A stretch of 28,637 nt of DNA from Candidatus Aenigmatarchaeota archaeon (GTDB taxonomy: Archaea; Aenigmatarchaeota; Aenigmatarchaeia; QMZP01): assembly GCA_039091855.1 (NCBI GenBank), contig JAWCLA010000006.1, positions 1 to 28,637 on the forward strand. Direction: 5' to 3'. The position numbers and the translations under genes are program-made. This document shows positions 16,569 through 25,882 of this stretch, piece by piece. How positions within the stretch are numbered: the stretch's first letter is position 1; each line of letters opens with the position of its first letter. The notes beneath the pieces are model-generated. The model had not been told where the DNA came from. It ran no database searches and saw nothing but the letters and a program-made list of their open reading frames with translations.

Positions 16569-16853
16569 TTATTCCTTCCAGAAGGACATAAGGCTCTTGG
16601 TGTAGTTCTTTATATCTCTTATAATCCTTTGGCAGTCCTCGCAAATTCCAGAACCACCAACAGGAGCCATCTTTTCCCTGTAGAAGCTGTGAGGTTCCCT
16701 TATCACCTTTCCTTTGTATGTCACACCTATGCAGTGAATATCGTGGCTGTAAGGAACCCCGTTCTCATCAACATAATCAACATTAAAATACTGAGAAAAA
16801 GGCCTAACAAGATTTTCAACACTTTTAAGCATTGTTACTTTGATGCCTGCCAT
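16569..16853 (-). CDS. Hypothetical protein (94 aa, CxxC)
   Basis: ATG-initiated ORF filling the gap, divergent from dph2 across an AT-rich promoter region and co-oriented with mvaA. Confidence 0.5.
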   Translation of the reverse strand: MAGIKVTMLKSVENLVRPFSQYFNVDYVDENGVPYSHDIHCIGVTYKGKVIREPHSFYREKMAPVGGSGICEDCQRIIRDIKNYTKSLMSFWKE

Positions 16854-16907
16854 TTACAATATATTTTGGTTGAGCCCAAATATAAATCCTTCTGCCAACT
16901 ATTCCCT

Positions 16908-17840
16908 ATGCCTGACTACGAAAAACTAATTCAGGAGATAAGAAAAAGGAACGCGAAAAGGGTTTTGCTCCAAATCCCAGAAGGGCTGAAAACCCAGGCG
17001 CAGGACATAGCCAAAGAGCTGGAAAAGTCCGGGGCAGAGATTTTGCTTTCTGCTGAAACCTGCTATGGGGGGTGTGACATTCCCGAAATGGAGGCAAGGT
17101 CGCTTGGTTGCGATTTGATTGTGCACTTCGGACATTCAGAAATGCTCAAAAAAACAGCAGTCCCGGTTATTTACGAGGAACACAGGACCGGTTTCAATCC
17201 AATCCCTCTTCTTGAAAAAAACCTCAGCCAACTGAAACCCTTTAATAAGATATGCCTGTTAACCACAGTCCAGTTCATTGACTCCATTGAGCCGGCAAAA
17301 AAATTCCTCGAGTCAAAAGGAAAAAACGTCCTGATAGGAAAGCCCAAAATAGCCAAATACCCAGGACAGGTTCTGGGTTGCGATTACTCAGCGGCAAAGG
17401 CCTGCGAGAAGGAGGCGGAATGCTTTTTGTTCCTGGGCTCGGGAAGGTTTCACCCCATTGGCCTTGTACAGAATGTCAATAAGCCAGTCCTTTTTGCTGA
17501 TTTCGAGAGCGGAAGAATTGAAAATCTGGAAAGGGAGAGATTCAGGCTTATGAAAATCAGGGCAGCTAATCTGGAGAAAGCCAAGGAGTCAAATAATTTC
17601 GGGATTGTTGTTTCAACGAAGCCTGGACAGCAGAATTTAGTTGTGGCGGAAAAAGCCAAATCCGTTTTGGAGAAGAAAGGGAAAAATGCGTGGATAATAA
17701 TTGCAGGAGAGTTCACTTCCCAAAAGCTTCTCGGCCTAAAAATAGATTGCCTTGTGGACTGCGCCTGCCCAAGGATTGCCGAGGATTTTTCCCTTTTCAA
17801 AAAGCCGATTATAAGGCCAGAGGATGTTGAAAAAATTTAG
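16908..17840 (+). CDS. dph2: Diphthamide biosynthesis enzyme Dph2
   Basis: VLLQIPEGLK, CYGGCD, VHFGHS, GQVLGC, SGRFH, STKPGQ and CACPRI motifs. True start is ATG 16908, with TATAAAT about 25 nt upstream. Confidence 0.95.
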   Translation: MPDYEKLIQEIRKRNAKRVLLQIPEGLKTQAQDIAKELEKSGAEILLSAETCYGGCDIPEMEARSLGCDLIVHFGHSEMLKKTAVPVIYEEHRTGFNPIPLLEKNLSQLKPFNKICLLTTVQFIDSIEPAKKFLESKGKNVLIGKPKIAKYPGQVLGCDYSAAKACEKEAECFLFLGSGRFHPIGLVQNVNKPVLFADFESGRIENLERERFRLMKIRAANLEKAKESNNFGIVVSTKPGQQNLVVAEKAKSVLEKKGKNAWIIIAGEFTSQKLLGLKIDCLVDCACPRIAEDFSLFKKPIIRPEDVEKI

Positions 17841-18151
17841 GACTCATTCTGCTGCTTTCTTGGAGTTTGCTGAATAGTTCTCTGCGCCTGAACAATCTCC
17901 TCAGGAGTCGCCTGAAGCATTGCCTTTATTTCCGCGAGGTCGAGCTCGACCTCCCTCGCGAGCCTGCTCCTGTCAAGCCTGGTTATCTTCTGCTCCTCAA
18001 GTGTCCTCAGCTTCTGCTCTGTCATGTCAAGCTTTTCCAAAGCGGTTTTCTTAACAAGGCCCTTTTTCTTTAGAGCCTTTTCCCTCAGCCTGTCCCACCT
18101 CTTTCTCAGCTTCCTTATCTTCCTGGGCCAGCCAAATAAAAGACCAAACAC
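17837..18151 (-). CDS. Conserved-looking basic coiled-coil hypothetical protein
   Basis: 104-aa ORF with GAGGTGA SD and GTG start. Sequence includes IRKLRKRWDRLREKALKK. Confidence 0.65.
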   Translation of the reverse strand: MFGLLFGWPRKIRKLRKRWDRLREKALKKKGLVKKTALEKLDMTEQKLRTLEEQKITRLDRSRLAREVELDLAEIKAMLQATPEEIVQAQRTIQQTPRKQQNES

Positions 18152-18165
18152 CTCTTCACCTCAAA

Positions 18166-18708
18166 TTACTTAACTATGTTGTAGCAAATCTCGCAAGCCT
18201 TTATGTTGCCTTCCACAGCTTCTGGATGTTCCTCCTCCGTTAACTCAATTCTTACAGCCTCCTTCAGTTTTTCCAATGGGAAAAGGTTCGTGATTTTTAA
18301 GAAGCCCCCGAGTATTGTGACATTAGGTATAGGCTTACCAAGAGTGTCCATTGCTATTTTTGTAGCATCCACAAAAACGGCATTTGGGAATTTTTCAAGT
18401 GGCCTTTCTGAATTGACTATTACCTTTCCACCTTCCTTCAAACCCTTTAGAATCTGTCCAGGCTCAACAGTGGGATCAAGTACGATAACTGCGTCAGGAT
18501 TGAAAATATACCCTCTTGTAAGAATATCCTCCTTTGAAATCCTGCAGAACGAAGCAACAGGCGCTCCTCTCCTCTCTGCGCCATATATTGCGAAGTCCTG
18601 AGTTATGAATCCTGAAAGAAAGGCAGCCCTGCCAAGTATGTGGGCTGTCATCCTCACGCCCTGCCCTCCCCTTCCGTGAATCCTTATCTCGTAAACACCT
18701 TCCAGAAT
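18166..18708 (-). CDS. porG: Pyruvate/2-oxoacid:ferredoxin oxidoreductase gamma subunit
   Basis: EIRIHGRGGQG, YGAERRGAPV.SF.RIS, PDAVIVLD and DATKIA..TLG.PIPN motifs. The start codon is uncertain. Confidence 0.88.
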   Translation of the reverse strand: MLEGVYEIRIHGRGGQGVRMTAHILGRAAFLSGFITQDFAIYGAERRGAPVASFCRISKEDILTRGYIFNPDAVIVLDPTVEPGQILKGLKEGGKVIVNSERPLEKFPNAVFVDATKIAMDTLGKPIPNVTILGGFLKITNLFPLEKLKEAVRIELTEEEHPEAVEGNIKACEICYNIVK

Positions 18709-18772
18709 ACCACCATTAATAATATATTTAAACACCCTCCTTATATTGAACTTATGAAATCGAGGTGATATT

Positions 18773-19684
18773 GTGCTTTACCAAAAAATTTCGGAGATAA
18801 ATTTGGATCTTGAAGGGAGGGTTGCGATAAAGCTTCATATGGGAGAGAAAGGAAACAAGACACACATCTCCCCAGATGATGTGAAGATAGTCTTTGACAA
18901 GCTGAAGGATTATGGATGCGATCCCTTTCTCGTTGACACCACCTGCCTTTATGAAGGCCCGAGAAGCACCCCCGAGGGATATTTTAAGGTTGCAAGGGAG
19001 AACGGCTTCGGCAACTTCCCTGTTGTTATAGCAAGGGATGAGGATTATGTTGTGAAGGGAGGGTTTAAGATAGCAAAGGCTGTCCTTGATGCTGACTCTC
19101 TCCTTGTTTTAACCCACGGGAAGGGTCACGCAATAACGGGTTATGGCGGGGCGATAAAGAACCTGGGTATGGGCTGCGTAAACAAGGAATCCAAGAATCA
19201 CATTCACAGCCCTTCAAAGCCTTTGGCAGAGCCTTCCAATTGCAGGAAGTGCAAGGCGTGCGAAAGGGTTTGTCCAACAGGTGCTGTAAAGGTAAAAGAA
19301 TCAGGAGTAAACCTTGAAGAAAAAAAGTGCGTTGGCTGCGAATATTGCGTGGAAAGCTGCCCTTCCGGAGCGTTAAAATCCCGTCCAGGAGGGCTTGAGA
19401 AAAGCTTCAGATTTTTTTCCCAAGCTGCCAAAAATGTTATAGATTCATTCCAAAAAGGAAATGTAGCTTACATAACCGTCCTCAAGAACATAACAGAATT
19501 CTGCGACTGCAGGTCAAACTCGGGAAAGATAGTCTGTCCTGACATTGGATACCTTTCAGGAAAAACCGCCTTGGAAATAGATCAGGAGGCTGTAAAACTT
19601 ATAAGGCAGAAAAACCCGAAAGCCCTGAATTTCAGGAGATGGGAAATTTTTGAGAAGGAGGCGAAAAAGGTTTTCGGACAATAA
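18773..19684 (+). CDS. DUF362-domain Fe-S protein with a 2x[4Fe-4S] ferredoxin insert
   Basis: VAIKLHMGE.GN, DTTCLY.G.R, THGKGH...YGGAIKNLGMGC, CxxCxxCxxxCP twice and FCDC. GAGGTGAT SD. Confidence 0.88.
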   Translation: MLYQKISEINLDLEGRVAIKLHMGEKGNKTHISPDDVKIVFDKLKDYGCDPFLVDTTCLYEGPRSTPEGYFKVARENGFGNFPVVIARDEDYVVKGGFKIAKAVLDADSLLVLTHGKGHAITGYGGAIKNLGMGCVNKESKNHIHSPSKPLAEPSNCRKCKACERVCPTGAVKVKESGVNLEEKKCVGCEYCVESCPSGALKSRPGGLEKSFRFFSQAAKNVIDSFQKGNVAYITVLKNITEFCDCRSNSGKIVCPDIGYLSGKTALEIDQEAVKLIRQKNPKALNFRRWEIFEKEAKKVFGQ

Positions 19685-19685
19685 A

Positions 19686-20978
19686 TCATTTCCACTCTTT
19701 GAGAGCGTCAGCCAGTTCCCTGTGCGTTTTCGCATACTCCTCCAGAGAAATTTTTTGCATAGCAGCATCAACAGCCTGCCTGATAGATCTCGCTCCTGAA
19801 ATCGTTCCATTCGGATGCCCGTGAATACCTCCACCTGCCTGTATTATCACGTCATTTCCGAAATATTTCAAAAGAGAAGGCACGTGACCTGCGTGAAGCC
19901 CGCCAGAGCAGACAGGAAAAACAGGTTTTATCCCGTGCCAGTCCTGACCAAGAATGTTTTCGTTCGATTTTATTTTTTGGAAAGTAATAGCATCCCTTAT
20001 GTTCAAAACATCCTGCTCAGAACCTTCCATCTTTCCAACTATAGTTCCTATGTGGAGCTGGTCCACGCCAATGAGCCTGTATGTTTTAGCAAGCGCAAGC
20101 ATGCTTATCCCATGCTTCTTGTTTCTCGTGAGCGCTGCGTGCATTGCCCTGTGGGCATGGATTACAAGCTTTAAATCCTCGTTTTCCTCTCTCAATGTCT
20201 GCAATCCAGACCAACCGACCGTGAGGACATCAACCATCAAATACTCGTTTCCGGAATCCTTAACCATTTTTGCGCGCCTGAGCATTTCCCTTGTTTCAGC
20301 AGTGACGTTTGGCATGTAGATTTTTTTCTCGCCTGTTTCCCTCTCAGCCTTTTCCTTCATTTTCACGGTCAGCTCAAGCCTTTTCCCAAACCTGTTAAAA
20401 GACTGCGAGGAAAGGTTTTCATCATCCTTTACAATATCCACTCCACCAACCCAGGCATCATAGGCAACCTTTGAGTGGGATTTCTCGTCAAGACCGAGTT
20501 TCGGCTTTACTATAGTTCCTATCAATGGCCTGTCCTTAACCCCTGTCACTTTTCTAACTCCTTCTATTCCATAAAGAGGACCCTTAAATGATTTCACTAT
20601 TGATTGCGGAAAGCTCAAATCGAGAAGCCTGAGATTTTCCACTGCTTTCATCCCGAATATGTTACCAGCAACACTGCTCATTATCTGCGGCATGTTTCCT
20701 TCCTCAAAAAGCTCCGCAGGATACGCTATCCTGATGTAATTTCCCCTTCTCTTGACTGAAGGCAGCTTTTGTCGCCTCCCATCCGAAATCGAGAAAACCC
20801 TTGCTGCGATTTTTTTGATTCTAGGAGAAGAAGTCTTCACTTCTGTCCATGTCCCGACAGAAGACTCTCCTGCCAAATGCTCTGCAGCTTCCCTTATTGA
20901 AAGCCCTTCTGCTGGCTCAACATAAAACTCGCATACAATGTCATCCTTTGGCTTATACTTTAAGTCAATGTAGGACAT
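19686..20978 (-). CDS. rbcL: RuBisCO large subunit, form III
   Basis: AGESSVGTWT, GTIVKPKLGL, GGVDIVKDDE (catalytic KDDE), HAHRAMH, GKMEG, SGG and QAGGGIHGHP. Start is ATG 20978 (MSYIDL). Confidence 0.95.
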   Translation of the reverse strand: MSYIDLKYKPKDDIVCEFYVEPAEGLSIREAAEHLAGESSVGTWTEVKTSSPRIKKIAARVFSISDGRRQKLPSVKRRGNYIRIAYPAELFEEGNMPQIMSSVAGNIFGMKAVENLRLLDLSFPQSIVKSFKGPLYGIEGVRKVTGVKDRPLIGTIVKPKLGLDEKSHSKVAYDAWVGGVDIVKDDENLSSQSFNRFGKRLELTVKMKEKAERETGEKKIYMPNVTAETREMLRRAKMVKDSGNEYLMVDVLTVGWSGLQTLREENEDLKLVIHAHRAMHAALTRNKKHGISMLALAKTYRLIGVDQLHIGTIVGKMEGSEQDVLNIRDAITFQKIKSNENILGQDWHGIKPVFPVCSGGLHAGHVPSLLKYFGNDVIIQAGGGIHGHPNGTISGARSIRQAVDAAMQKISLEEYAKTHRELADALKEWK

Positions 20979-21012
20979 AATATTATATACTTTGGACAAT
21001 TTATAGAGTTTC

Positions 21013-22260
21013 ATGCATGAAATAACAGTTCTTGGCGGGGGAAGAGAGGTTGGGAGGCTTTCTGTTCTTCTTGACACAGGCTCGGAAAGGATGCTGCTTG
21101 ACAGCGGGATAGACGTGCAAACATTTGGAACACCGATAAAGCCCGCTGTCCCTGTTGACGCTGTTCTTTTGAGCCACTGCCACCTTGACCATTCCGGATT
21201 TGTTCCCGGGATTTACAAAAACGGATACAAGGGAAATGTTTATGGGAGCGAGCTCACGTTTGATTTGTGCTCCCTTCTCTTGAGGGATTCGATTAAGGTT
21301 CAGGACAGGAACGATATTGAACCACTATACCTTCTACACGACATAAAGGAAATGGAGAGAAGGAAAAAAATCATAGAGTCAGGAAGAACCGAAAGGATTG
21401 GCTCTTCTGAAATAGAATTTATTGAATCAGGACACATACCAGGAAGCCAATGTTTCATAATAAATTCCAACGGAAAAAGGATTATGTTCACAGGGGACAT
21501 AAACTTCATAGACACTCAGCTCATGAAAGGCGCATCATACAAATACAAGGACATTGACATACTGATAGCAGAGGCAACATACTCTTACAAGAACCACCCT
21601 GACAGAAGGGTTTTGGAGGACAGATTAAGAGAGATTGCACAATATACTGTTTACGGAGGGGGGATTCTCCTTTTGCCCACCTTTGCCGTCGGCAGGACGC
21701 AGGAACTGCTCCTGATTCTTCACGATTTGGGCTTCCCGATTTACATTGACGGTATGGGAATACAGGCTTCTGAGATAATACTTTCCCACCCGAAATCAGT
21801 AAAAAACCCTGAGTTACTGAAAAAGGCCTTCGGAAAGGCCCGGAAGATAAACAAAAACTCACAGCGAGAGTCATTGCTGAACAAGCCCTGCATAATAATA
21901 ACAACAGCAGGCATGCTCAACGGAGGACCAATAGGCTACTACATTAAAAGGCTTCACAAGAGGGAGAACTGCAAGCTTGTGATAACAGGCTATCAGGTTG
22001 AAGGAACAGCAGGCAGAAAGCTCTTGGAAACAGGAAGGTACGTGAACGATGGGCTTGATGTAAAGCCGAGAATGGGCATAGAGCAGATGGACTTCTCTGC
22101 CCACACCGACCACGACCATCTGATAGAGTTTTTCAAAAACACAAATCCCGGAAAAATAATCCTTGTTCATGGCGAGAGAACTACTGACTTTGCCGGGGAG
22201 CTCAGGTCAATTGGCTTTGACGCTGTTGCGCCTGCAAACGGGGAAAAGATTAAGATATGA
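21013..22260 (+). CDS. Metallo-beta-lactamase beta-CASP ribonuclease (aCPSF2-like)
   Basis: LGGGREVGR, SHCHLDHSG, GHIPGS, TGD, EATY, FAVGRTQE, GYQVEGT.GR, FSAH and VHGE. No N-terminal KH domains. Confidence 0.92.
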   Translation: MHEITVLGGGREVGRLSVLLDTGSERMLLDSGIDVQTFGTPIKPAVPVDAVLLSHCHLDHSGFVPGIYKNGYKGNVYGSELTFDLCSLLLRDSIKVQDRNDIEPLYLLHDIKEMERRKKIIESGRTERIGSSEIEFIESGHIPGSQCFIINSNGKRIMFTGDINFIDTQLMKGASYKYKDIDILIAEATYSYKNHPDRRVLEDRLREIAQYTVYGGGILLLPTFAVGRTQELLLILHDLGFPIYIDGMGIQASEIILSHPKSVKNPELLKKAFGKARKINKNSQRESLLNKPCIIITTAGMLNGGPIGYYIKRLHKRENCKLVITGYQVEGTAGRKLLETGRYVNDGLDVKPRMGIEQMDFSAHTDHDHLIEFFKNTNPGKIILVHGERTTDFAGELRSIGFDAVAPANGEKIKI

Positions 22261-22276
22261 AATCCCATTATTTATT

Positions 22277-23293
22277 ATGTCATTTGTTGAGATAGACGGC
22301 TCTGAGGGAGAGGCAGGGGGGCAGATATTGAGAACGGCTGTTGGTCTTTCCTGCGTCACGAGAAAGCCTGTCAGGATATTCAACATAAGGAAAGGCAGGC
22401 CCGTTCCTGGACTTAAGGCGCAGCATCTCAAGGGAGTAGAGGCAGCGGCGAGGCTTTGCAACGCAAAGGTAAGGGGCTTGAAGATCGGCTCCAAGGAAGT
22501 GGAGTTTCACCCAGGCGAAATATCAGGACAAAAACTGCAGGTAGACGTGGGGACAGCCGGCTCTGTGACGCTCGTTTTGCAGACGCTTATGATTCCTGCT
22601 TCCACATCAGGAAAGGAGCTCATATTCGAGATATCGGGAGGAACCCATGTCCCCTGGAGCCCCACGACAGGATATTTCAGGCATGTTTTCTGCGAGTTTC
22701 TTGGAAAGATGGGAGTTAATGTTGAATCAGAAACTCTTGGTTACGGGTTTTATCCAAAGGGTGGAGGAAAGATACTGGTTATCGCAAGGTCGACAGGAAT
22801 TTTGCTGCCAATAACCATAACCGAAAGGGGAAAGCAGGTTTTCATAGAGGGATGGAGCTCTGCATCCAAAGATTTGTCAAAAAATAGGGTAGCAGAGAGG
22901 CAGATGGAAGCAGCGGAAAAAATTCTAGGAGACATAAAGAAATCAGTTAAGTATGTGCCTTCATTGTCAACAGGCTCTGCGATAACACTCGCCTCTTTTT
23001 TTGGAAACTGCTTTATGGGAGCGAGCTCGGTAGGCGAGAGGGGAAAAACAGCAGAGAAGGTCGGTGAGGAGGCTGCACGTCTTCTCAAAAGGCAGATGGA
23101 ATCAGGAGCCTGCCTTGACGAGTGGATGGCTGACCAGATTCTTCCCTATATGGCTCTGGCAAGGGGCAAGTCAGAGGTTTCTGTTGCAAAAATAACACAG
23201 CACGCAAAAACCAACATTTCGGTCATAGAAAGGTTTCTTGAAGTTAAGTTCAAGGTAAAGGGTAACGTGATTGAGTGCAAAGGAAGCTCTTGA
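22277..23293 (+). CDS. rtcA: RNA 3'-terminal phosphate cyclase
   Basis: EIDGSEGEAGGQILR, NIRKGR..PGL..QH, GGTHVPWSP, GFYPKGGG, DQILPYMAL and TQHAKTN. Start is ATG 22277. Confidence 0.95.
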   Translation: MSFVEIDGSEGEAGGQILRTAVGLSCVTRKPVRIFNIRKGRPVPGLKAQHLKGVEAAARLCNAKVRGLKIGSKEVEFHPGEISGQKLQVDVGTAGSVTLVLQTLMIPASTSGKELIFEISGGTHVPWSPTTGYFRHVFCEFLGKMGVNVESETLGYGFYPKGGGKILVIARSTGILLPITITERGKQVFIEGWSSASKDLSKNRVAERQMEAAEKILGDIKKSVKYVPSLSTGSAITLASFFGNCFMGASSVGERGKTAEKVGEEAARLLKRQMESGACLDEWMADQILPYMALARGKSEVSVAKITQHAKTNISVIERFLEVKFKVKGNVIECKGSS

Positions 23294-24027
23294 CAGACAG
23301 GGTTTGGGAGATAGACTTCCTTAGGGGAACTGCAGTAATACTCATGCTTTTTTCAAATTTTGCAACCGATGTCGCTTATTTCAGGATTTACCCGGTTGAC
23401 GTTTACTCGGGCTTCTGGCTGTATCTTGCTCGTATTATTGTTTCAATGTTCATACTGGTTTCAGGAATGTCTCTGACATTGAGCTATTACAGGATGAAAA
23501 ACAAAAAACCCGCAGAAATCAGGAAAAAGTACTTTTTTAGAGGGGCAAGGATTTTCGGGTTGGGAATTTTGATAACAATAGTAACTTCAATTTTCATAAG
23601 AGATTTCGTTGCCTTTGGGGTTTTGCACCTGATAGGATTTTCCGTGTTTTTCGGACAATTTCTTGCCGGAAGGAAAAGGGAGTGCCTTATCCTCGGGATT
23701 TCCTTCCTGTTGACAGGGATTTTTCTTCAGGGAATTAGGTTCGGTTTTCCCTGGCTTTTGTGGCTCGGCTTTATCCCCGAAGGTTACTCAAGCGTTGATT
23801 ACGTCCCTGTTTTTCCTTGGTTTGGGTTTTTCCTTATAGGAATGTTTTTGGGAAACGTTTTTTATCCAGACGGCAATAGAAGGTTCAACGTAAGGGATTT
23901 TTCAGGAAAAATTTTTATAAAACCCGTGAGCTTTCTCGGCAGGAACTCTCTGAAAATCTACCTGATTCACCAGCCTTTGCTAATTCTTTTTCTCAGGCTT
24001 TCTTTTCCATATAATTTTCCCTTCTGA
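23290..24027 (+). CDS. DUF1624 / heparan-alpha-glucosaminide N-acetyltransferase-like membrane protein
   Basis: RVWEIDFLRG, FILVSGMSL, FGVLHLIG, DYVPVFPW and LGRNSL.IYLIHQP. The TTG start probably overlaps the rtcA stop. Confidence 0.87.
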   Translation: MTDRVWEIDFLRGTAVILMLFSNFATDVAYFRIYPVDVYSGFWLYLARIIVSMFILVSGMSLTLSYYRMKNKKPAEIRKKYFFRGARIFGLGILITIVTSIFIRDFVAFGVLHLIGFSVFFGQFLAGRKRECLILGISFLLTGIFLQGIRFGFPWLLWLGFIPEGYSSVDYVPVFPWFGFFLIGMFLGNVFYPDGNRRFNVRDFSGKIFIKPVSFLGRNSLKIYLIHQPLLILFLRLSFPYNFPF

Positions 24028-24234
24028 CCAAATCTCCAGAACCCTGTGTAAAGGGATAGTTGTTTCCCTTCCGTTTTCTGAATAATAGAAATAGTGCCTG
24101 TCAAGCTCTGTAACCAACGAGCCCTTTATTAGCTTCCTGTCCTTTGGTGCTCCTCTATGCAATATTATAATATCGCATTTTCCAAGGTTTCCCGTCCACT
24201 TCATCTTGTTCAGTATATCAAATGCCATTTGCAT
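23980..24234 (-). CDS. DUF504 / MJ1316-like RNA-repair-associated domain protein
   Basis: DILNKMKW, IIILHRGAP and TTIPLHRVLEI..EGKIIWKR motifs. Confidence 0.82.
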   Translation of the reverse strand: MQMAFDILNKMKWTGNLGKCDIIILHRGAPKDRKLIKGSLVTELDRHYFYYSENGRETTIPLHRVLEIWSEGKIIWKRKPEKKN

Positions 24235-24394
24235 AAAAAGATTTGTGAAATCAAAATATAAGCTTAAAAAACAGCCGTTTTATTTATCAGAATTCTGAGA
24301 GAATTTATGACCTGTAATAAAATTTTACATAAAAGTGGGAAGTTATGGATATCCTTATAGTACAGAAACCAAATCACTTAACCAAACAAGAAAC

Positions 24395-24820
24395 TCAACC
24401 TTTAAATTTTTCCAAAAAAGCTATTATTTCCTTCCTGAAGCTGTCAAAATCCCCAAGGTTCTTCCTGAGGAAGCGAAAAACTAATTCGTCATCCACTTCA
24501 TCGTATCTGTGGACTAGGATATTTCTGAAGCCCTTCATGGATTTGAGCTTTCCTACCAGACTCCTGCTTAATATGCCTTTTTTCTGGAGCTTGTTGAAAA
24601 AATCCTCCTCCTCTCCTGGAAGCCCAAGCTTGAGTTCTTTTACTATAAGGTTGCATATATCAATAACAGTCTCAATCATTATATGGAGCAGCCTCTCGCA
24701 TGCCCTCTTCGTTTCCGTGGAGCTGACATAGTCTTCATACTCCTGTGGCATAATTTCTTCAAGCTCCTTCCTATATGAGTCAAGCTCGTCTATTTTTGCC
24801 AGAATCCTTTTCTCATCCAT
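24395..24820 (-). CDS. hepT: HEPN (DUF86) ribonuclease toxin, HepT-like
   Basis: ACERLLHIMIE.VIDI and GFRNILVHRY (RX4HXY motif). Confidence 0.9.
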   Translation of the reverse strand: MDEKRILAKIDELDSYRKELEEIMPQEYEDYVSSTETKRACERLLHIMIETVIDICNLIVKELKLGLPGEEEDFFNKLQKKGILSRSLVGKLKSMKGFRNILVHRYDEVDDELVFRFLRKNLGDFDSFRKEIIAFLEKFKG

Positions 24821-25181
24821 ATTTCACAGCCTCCAGATAGCTCTCATATGCAGGCTTGAAGTATGCAAACTCCTTTGCAGTCTGACCAGCAATGTCATAC
24901 AATGCATCTATATCCCTGCAGAAAATAATCTTGCCTTCCTTAAGCACACGGACCCTTATATAAATTGGAATTTGTTGGAAAATATGCAAATCAAAATCTG
25001 ATTCTGACATATAAACAACTCTCTTCCTTGACATAGCTGTTTTCTTCAGCTTCCTGTTTAGAACGAGGCAGATATCTATGTCCCTGTGCCTCTCTCCGCG
25101 CGCATAACTGCCGAATAAAATGACTGCCAAAATATCCTTGTCCTTCTTCACTCTCGAAATAAGCCTGCCCAACCCTTTCAT
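24813..25181 (-). CDS. mntA: Minimal nucleotidyltransferase antitoxin, MntA-like
   Basis: ILFGSYARGE..RDIDICLV motif. Overlaps the HEPN start by 8 nt. Confidence 0.9.
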   Translation of the reverse strand: MKGLGRLISRVKKDKDILAVILFGSYARGERHRDIDICLVLNRKLKKTAMSRKRVVYMSESDFDLHIFQQIPIYIRVRVLKEGKIIFCRDIDALYDIAGQTAKEFAYFKPAYESYLEAVKYG

Positions 25182-25274
25182 AACTAAGGTTTGTATTTTT
25201 TTGTTAATAAATAATATGTAGATAAGAGAGACCCTGATATCAGCAGGACATAAACCATAACTCTATATTAAAGA

Positions 25275-25880
25275 TTAGAAAACTAACCCGAGTTTTTTGA
25301 GCTCGACATTAAGCCTTTCAGCTCCCCTGAACCTTATTGCCCTCATTCCGAGCAGTTCAGCAGGAGGCAGGTTTTCTGGCTGGTTGTCTATGTAAACGCA
25401 CTCCTCCGGCTTCAGACCGAATTTTTTAAGTGCAAGTGTGTATATGCCCTGTTCAGGCTTTGCCATCCCAACCTCAAAGGAGAGGATAACCCCATCGAAG
25501 AGGCTGTAAATTTCGGCGAATTTTTTCGCTGCATATTTATACGTTTCCCTGTCCACGTTTGAAATTGCATAAATCTTGTATCCTGATTTGAGCTTTCTTA
25601 TCAGTTCTATCGTTCCTTCTATGGGAACAAGTATGCTCCACCAAGTCCTTTTTATCTCTTCCGCAACGTCTGGCTGCAAATATTTCTTTTTTATCGCGTC
25701 CCAAACCCTTTCCTCTGAAATTTTCCCCTTGAAATAAAGTTTCCATTCAGGGCTTCCTATCACAGAAAGGTAAATCTGCTCTTTACTCATTCCTGTCTTC
25801 TTGACGAACCTTCCAGCATAAGAGAGGAAGTCGTCGTTTATTACAACCCCGCCTATGTCGAATATAACTGCCCTTATCAT
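25275..25880 (-). CDS. HAD-superfamily phosphatase (YihX-like)
   Basis: IFDIGGV, AISN, FDGVILSFEVGMAKP and YIDN motifs. Start is ATG 25880 (MIRAVIFD); the longer start in the ORF track lies inside the tRNA. Confidence 0.9.
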   Translation of the reverse strand: MIRAVIFDIGGVVINDDFLSYAGRFVKKTGMSKEQIYLSVIGSPEWKLYFKGKISEERVWDAIKKKYLQPDVAEEIKRTWWSILVPIEGTIELIRKLKSGYKIYAISNVDRETYKYAAKKFAEIYSLFDGVILSFEVGMAKPEQGIYTLALKKFGLKPEECVYIDNQPENLPPAELLGMRAIRFRGAERLNVELKKLGLVF

Positions 25881-25882
25881 TA

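Noticed and set aside
16548-16907. 120-aa N-terminal extension of Dph2 in the ORF track
   Set aside because: Dph2 homology starts at ATG 16908, with a TATA just upstream. The extension is antisense to the 16569-16853 ORF.
20979-21077. N-terminal extension of RbcL; similar extensions for rtcA (22163), HAD (25919) and the 28589 start
   Set aside because: They overlap neighbouring genes or the tRNA, and conserved domains begin at downstream ATGs.
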